DNA from: Azolla caroliniana
Lineage: Eukaryota > Plantae > Polypodiophyta
Length of the DNA: 14,947 bases
Reading direction: 5' to 3'
NCBI GenBank assembly: GCA_043228905.1
Contig: JBHGNT010000825.1
Coordinates: forward strand, 1 to 14,947
Positions 9,199 to 14,947 of the stretch are shown piece by piece (the stretch's first letter is position 1; each line of letters opens with the position of its first letter). The notes under the pieces were generated by a model that was not told the DNA's origin, did no database searches, and was given only the letters and a program-made list of their open reading frames with translations. A program made the translations under genes and the position numbers.

Positions 9199-10239
9199 CT
9201 ACTCACATGACAACATGGTATTTTAGTGAATTGGAATGACACCCATGGGAATATTGTGGGGAGGATGTTAGGCCGATTCCGCTTTTTCAATATTCTATTT
9301 GATTGGGAAGGGAGATGATACAACGTAGGCTACCCCATTGGCCAACAACAACTACAACATGGTTGACTTATAATGTTGATCCTACTCACATGACAATATT
9401 TTGGAAATGGCTATGGTCTATGCAAATTCCAAAGAAGATTATGAATCTATTTAGATGGTTGATTGTTCATTATGTGGTTGCTTTTAGGGTTTGGATGTAT
9501 TGTAAAAATATGGATAAAATATGACATGATTTTTGTGGATTAGAAGTGGAGTCTCTTCGTCATCTATTCTAGTCATGTATGGTTGCCAAATTGGTTTGGA
9601 AAATATTTGTATGTCTCTTGCATGACCTGTATGGCTCTAGAGTATATAAATGGGGGGTAGTGACGTGGGTTGCTATTAAGGGTGAGGTACAAGATTATGA
9701 AAAGGAAAAGGTTAACTTTGCATTATATACAAGAGGTCGATATGTTGAGGAAGTGTTGCCATGTATGCCTATTAATTCAATCCAGAATAGAGTGGTTTGG
9801 GAAACAATTAGTTCAATAGCCTTATGGGTTTTGTGAACTAGTAGATGTCAAAGGATATTTCAGCAAATTCAATGGAATATTTTGTATGTAGTCAAGGAGA
9901 TTTAGGTGACCTTGGTGCATACACTAAAAGGAGAATATGATGCTATCAAAGGTGATTCAGATGTAGTCTTTCGAAAGCAAGAGGTTTTTAAGAAGAGATG
10001 GGAAAGGATGAAGGTATTCTGCATGGTTAATGGTTGTATACGTTGGAGGTATCAACCATCGCTCTAGATATTTCCTCCACCAACATGAGGCATGTGGCCA
10101 TGTATAACTGTTATTACTAATGCTTTGGGACATATGTATGTCTATAGCAGTCCAAGAGTGGTTGAAAAGATAAAAATCTATGCTGAAATTTCATGTAAAT
10201 CGCTTTAAACATAATATAAACCATTGTTGGAAAAAAAAA
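9199..10239 (+). mobile_element. 5'-truncated L1-type LINE fragment B with poly(A) and TSD
   Basis: FWKWLWSMQIPKK...FRWLIVH, FCGLEVESLRHLF*SCMVAKLVW, WETISSIALWVL*, LVHTLKGEYD. A9 tail at 10231-10239. Flanked by AAACTCTTCATGRTAGATC at 9180-9198 and 10237-10255. Confidence 0.88.
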
Positions 10240-10341
10240 CTCTTCATGATAGATCATGCATCAGTTTGCTCGCCCTACCTCCTCATCTCGCAAAAAACAA
10301 TTTCTTTCATTACTTTTGAGTTAACCACATTCTATGTTACA

Positions 10342-10710
10342 TGTTAGGGGTAAAGGCCCCAATGACTCTCCTTTTTTGTATACCTTGACCCTTCCATGTG
10401 AAAGGTCCCTTTGAGAGTGTTCTAGACATATCTTTACCATATTTTGTGCCCCAATTCGAGGGGTTGTGGGCCTTCACATTATCTTTATAACTTTTGGTCA
10501 TTGGTTGTGTGTGAACATGCCCAAATGACCTAAAAGTTACTTATCAATAAGAATTGGTCCCAAATCTCTCATAACGTGATAAGGACTTTTGGCGGCTAGG
10601 AATTCCTCTCCATTTTTCTCCACAATTTTCTCTACTTTTTGTCTCCTACACAACAACCCACTCCCTTGGTGTTTTAGAGCAATTGACCACGCTATCACAT
10701 CTCTCATTCA
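10342..10710 (+). repeat. Putative 5' LTR of copia-2 (~369 bp)
   Basis: Begins TGTTAGGGG and ends CATTCA, 2 nt before the PBS. The left edge is inferred from the TGTT motif only, since no partner LTR is in the window. Confidence 0.6.
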
Positions 10711-10712
10711 AC

Positions 10713-10724
10713 TAGTATTAGAAC
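10713..10724 (+). promoter_or_regulatory. Degenerate tRNA-iMet PBS of copia-2
   Basis: TAGTATTAGAAC differs from TGGTATCAGAGC by three transitions and sits in the same CA-AC-PBS context as in copia-1, about 105 nt before the gag ATG. Confidence 0.75.
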
Positions 10725-10830
10725 TAGAGAGTTTCATTGCGAAGAATTTTAGTCTAGTCAAGTGATTGTGCATAGGACAACAAGTAATTATACTTTTTTT
10801 GGTGATTTTTTTAAACCATTGAGTGCAAAC

Positions 10831-13800
10831 ATGTCTACTACCTCCGCTGATCTCAAAATCTTGTTTGAGATCAAGAGATTTTATTCAAGTAGTGGTTTGT
10901 ATCTATGGAACGAGAGAATTTAAACATTCTCTTTCTTAAAGATTGTGAGGGGGCAGTTCTTGAAGTCAAGCATGAAAGATATGACAGATATAACATGTAT
11001 GAAACTAAATAAGAAGGTCATCACTTACATCAAGATCGTTGTATCAGATGAGATCTTAGTGGATCTCAAGGGCCTCACAATTGCTTTTGAGGTATGGGAG
11101 AAGTAGAAAGCTACACTTGTTAATCAAGTGCATGTCATCCGTAAGGTTGTGCATATGCAACTTTATGAATCAAAAAGTGCAGTTGAGCACTTATCTACCT
11201 TTATAGTACTCTCTCACAATTTTAGGACTCTAGATTACCTCCTTTTGATGATAAGCTTAAGTTCATCTTCTTCTTCTTCTTTCCAAGACAAAATATCCTT
11301 CCATTAGTTTTCAAAAAACTTATCAGGTACAAACTACAAAATAGATGGAAAAGAAGAGAAAAAAGGACCATCCCAATGGCTAGCCATGGATCCTTCATTA
11401 AACTAAGATCCAAGTCAACATCTAATTTGATTTCAATATGACTACCTATTCTCCTATGTTGCCAGATGCTTTCAACTTACCAGAAAATGCCATCATAATA
11501 ATTAGAGACCTTGCACAAGCATTCAAGGATAGAGTTGTATAGCATCCCCGTTCTTATCCTACTCAATATATCCCAATAACATGGCAAGCCATTGTACCAC
11601 ATCTCCTCGAATCATGTGCGATAAATGGAGACCTTCAACTTTCCTTCATTATAAAAGAATTTGCAAGTCTTCTTCTAAAGGAGTCATTCAATCTGGTCAT
11701 ATGAACGCCTTTTCTTGGAACATTTTTAATATCCTTCTATTCTCTTCAACCCCAGGTTGCTTTTATTTCAAGCTACCATTTCTATATCATCATCCAGTAA
11801 CATTTCATCTTTGAAAAGTGTATTAACCTTGGTACTAACGGCAAATCCACCAAGTTTACACTCATCATATCGAATGCAATGCAAGCATGGCTTGTATAGT
11901 TGTCACTGAAAATAGGAATTTTTGGGTTACATTGACTGAAATGTGTGAGAATGACTAGATACATTCTAGAAGATTGGACCTACAGTTTTAATACATGATG
12001 CAACTTTTGATGATAGCATGCATGTTGGAGCGATCATGAAAAATCATAGTACAATAAGTCCATCTTCTTATTGATGACCGAGTTACCTGATTCGTGAGAA
12101 ACATTGATTGTTTCACTCTTGAATAACCCGAATCTTACGTTTGATGGCATAAGGGGTTCAATTTTGAATGAGAAAACTAGAAGGAAAGCTAGTGGAGAGA
12201 GAAGTGGTTCAACGAATGTGGCTGGAGGAAGAACAAAAAATAAAAGTGGAAATGTACATATAACAGGAGCAAAAGCAAAGCGCATGGTTGAAGTGCCTTG
12301 TTATCAATGTGGTAGAAAAGTTCATAAGAATGATGATTGTAGGTACTACAAAACTGAATTAGAAAGAAAGAAAAACAAAAGTAACAAGAAGAAAATGGAC
12401 AGTGAGAAGGAGCACATAATAGTTTTAAGGACAAGGACAAAGAGACGGTCAATGTCTCTTGTAGTGTCATCACTGAGGAGTCATCAAATGCAGACAATAT
12501 TATTTGTGCTACTATGGCAACAAATCATGTTGAAGTTAATGATGCTTCAACATGATTACAAATCATGTTTATATTCATGCACAAGATATACAGATTACAA
12601 AGAGCAATCTATTTGATTCCTTGATTACTCTAAATAATGCTTTGTCACAAATGTGGATGTTACTTCTATTAAGGAGTGTTTTGCTACCTTTCATGCAAGC
12701 AACCATGGGCAATCATGGACATATATATCTTGGAAATAATCATGCTTATTCTATTAAAGGTATTGGCACAATGCATCTTTCAGTGGATGATACTAATGAG
12801 CTAGTTTTGCATGATGTAAGGTATCATGTACCAAGCAACAATAAAAGTTTATTGTTTGTTGGACAAATGGATATACAAAGATATAGTACTTGCCCTCTTT
12901 GAGAAAGGATCATGGAAGCTTATCAAAGGCTTAAGGCTAATTGTTAATGGTACAAATAAAGGGACTCTGTATTGCTTGCATGGTAAAGCTTTGATGGGCA
13001 AGTTTATTGCTTTGGTTGAAATCTATTCATGTATGGAATTATGCCATAAAAGGTTTGACCACATGAGCCAAAAAGGCCTTGATAAACCATGTAGTTTGAA
13101 CAAGTTTGATGGTAAAGGCTCAAAACTTAATTTTTGTAATGAATGCCAATACGGTAAGCAAGTAAATAATTCCTACTACTTTGGTGTCTCTCATAAGCCT
13201 AATCTACTTGGTCAAGTTCATTCTAATTTTTAATGTTTCCGGTATGCACATCAAATCTATGGGGGCTGCTCTTTATTTTATTTCTTTTGTTCATGATTAC
13301 GCTAGGAAGCTTTGGGTATATTTGTTAAAATCATAAAGCGTTTGTTGTATTTAAGAAATTTCATGCATTTGTTACAACCAAAACATGTAGAAATCTTAAA
13401 CGCTTATGCATAGACAATGGGGGTGAGTTTACAAGTGCTGAATTTAATAGATTTTGTGAAAATCGTGGTACCAGTCCCATACAACCCCTCTTCCAATGGT
13501 GTGGTTGAAAGGTATAACAAGACTTTATGTGAGAGGGTGAGATTCATGTTATCCACAACTAATCTCCCCCTAATATGCCCTTAAAAGGTGGCATTGCTGA
13601 TAGGTTTGGTATGACAAACCACCTTTGTATGACCAACTACACATATTGGCTATGATGCTTTTGTGCTTATAAGGCCTAAGTTAAGAAGCAAGTTGGATGC
13701 AAAGTCCAAGAAAGGAATCTTTATGGGTTATGGAGATGAAGGTGAAATGGCCTATAGGATTTCGTTACCTCAACTCAAGAAGGTAATATGCAGCCAAGAT

Positions 13801-14135
13801 GTTGTACTTAATATGACAAGGCTACCAAAAAATTATTCTGCCTATAATTATAACCATAAAAGAGTCAAATTTTAGCATTTAGAACCACAAGTTAAATCTA
13901 ATATGAACCCTCTGGATGCACTACTTTTAGCTAGAAATATTAATGAACTAGTGTTATTGAGGTAGATGATATTGGACAACAAAATGACGCTCCTGATGGG
14001 CATATGTAGGCACCTATTCATGTTGTAACTCCTGATGTAGATCCATTCTTGGATAAAGTGGATAATTGGGTGAGAAGATCTATATGCCCTTGGAGGTAAG
14101 TGAATAGATATGACCCCTCTAGACATTGCATTATG
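10831..14135 (+). pseudogene. copia-2 gag-PR-IN pseudogene (split by the insertion at 11273-12054)
   Basis: MSTTSADLKILFEIKRF...LNKKVITYIKIVVSDEIL...EVWEK*...PPFDDKLK, then the insert, then IFLLMT.LPDS*ETLIVSL, zinc knuckle, PR remnant and integrase. Many stops and small deletions. Confidence 0.9.
11273..12054 (-). mobile_element. 782-bp insertion in copia-2 gag: probable 5'-truncated divergent LINE 3' end (fragment C) with a GAA-type tail and 15-bp TSD
   Basis: Flanked by TAAGTTCATCTTCTT (11258-11272) and TAAGTCCATCTTCTT (12055-12069); gag resumes across it. Minus strand ends ACTAATGGAAGGATATTTTGTCTTGG-AAAGAAGAAG, similar to the 3' UTR of fragment D. Weak *LL*KKTCKFFY motif. Confidence 0.65.
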
Positions 14136-14947
14136 TTTTTTTTTTTTCCAAAAAGATTTCCTTCATTAGTATTAAGAAAAAATGCCATAAGGCTACAAAC
14201 TATACAATTTAGAGAGTATTATATACAAAAAGGATAATCAGGGGAAGGACCATGGATGATGATATTTCCAAATTGGTCCTTGAGAGGAGATCGTGAATAG
14301 AGGCAACTTCCTCCATAACTGCAGTAATTTTTTCTTTTTCTTAAGAACAACCTCCGAAGGGCCCGACATATTGTCATACTACCCACGCACTACCGCCAGT
14401 AAGTTGTCCCATAATTCTAGCAATATATCTTAGAGAGGGGGAACTATAGAATCATATCGTCTTTTACATCGATACTTCCATAAGGTCCATAATGTAACCG
14501 TGGATATTGTTTTCCATACTTGGGCTGCATGCATTTGCTTTCGAGGCTGCTGAAAAGACGAGACAGATATTAGATGCATGTTGATGACAGTCTTAGCCTC
14601 TAGAGCATCATCTGCCTCATACAATAAGAGACTGGAATGGAGACCCCCCCATACCGCTGATCCCCAGGAGAATAGGCAACCTACATTAATTGTCAGGAAT
14701 AAAGAAAGAACTTTATTCCATACCTGTTGAGCTAGTGAACAGGATCAGAGAGCATGCTTGGTAGTTTCCTACAAGTCACCACAATAACTACACTGTCTAA
14801 GAACAGGTGCCACGTTTCCTTTCAAAGATTAACCTACTGGTAGTGTTGCATGTAGCAAAAGCCATCTGAAGAGAGTCTATTTTGTTGGTCCCCTAAGAGA
14901 ACAAATCCATTTCCAATAGGCCTTCAAATGACTGCTTGATACACCCC
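14136..14947 (-). mobile_element. L1-type LINE fragment D (ORF2 C-terminus, 3' UTR, poly(A)); continues beyond the window
   Basis: WKWICSL...FRWLLLHATLPVG, CSYCGDL*ETTKHAL*SCSLAQQVW, FSWG, WKTISTVTLWTLWKYRC. Stop at 14240-14238; T12 at 14136-14147 is the poly(A) on minus. Confidence 0.9.

Larger units (their letters stand above)
10342..14135 (+). mobile_element. Second Ty1/copia element (copia-2), strongly decayed, interrupted by two LINEs; RT/RNaseH not in the window
   Basis: Putative LTR and degenerate PBS, gag, CCHC knuckle CYQCGRKVHKNDDC, integrase motifs (CHKRFDHMSQKGL, CNECQYGKQ, DNGGEFTS, NGVVERYNKTL, KLDAKSKKGIFMGY). Ends at the IN-RT linker (NRYDPSRHCIM). Confidence 0.92.

Noticed and set aside
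5508-14947. Repeated zinc-finger/Trp-rich ORFs as a host gene family
   Set aside because: All carry stops or frameshifts, and poly(A) tails, a TSD and insertion into copia-2 identify them as LINE 3' ends.

Overview
This window is repeat-dense land-plant DNA (plausibly a non-seed plant; that is inference only). I see no cellular gene and no intact ORF. It is a nest of decayed transposons. (1) A near-complete Ty1/copia LTR retrotransposon lies on the minus strand (80-5174) with a full 299-bp 3' LTR, PPT, frameshifted gag-pol, a tRNA-iMet PBS and a 5' LTR cut to 128 bp. (2) There are four 3'-end fragments of L1-type LINEs (about 5175-6775 minus, 9199-10239 plus, 11273-12054 minus, 14136-14947 minus), two with visible target-site duplications. 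(3) An orphan, hairpin-rich LTR (6969-7336) abuts a (TG)20 microsatellite. (4) A second, more decayed copia lies on the plus strand (10342-14135) and is interrupted by two of the LINEs. The least explained part is 7340-8840. It holds a tRNA-like A/B-box segment and a ~625-bp element with Helentron/Helitron2-like ends that encloses a 28-29 bp tandem array of palindromic units. That element is the best novelty candidate, but it is a hypothesis. I cannot support a new multi-gene biological system here.
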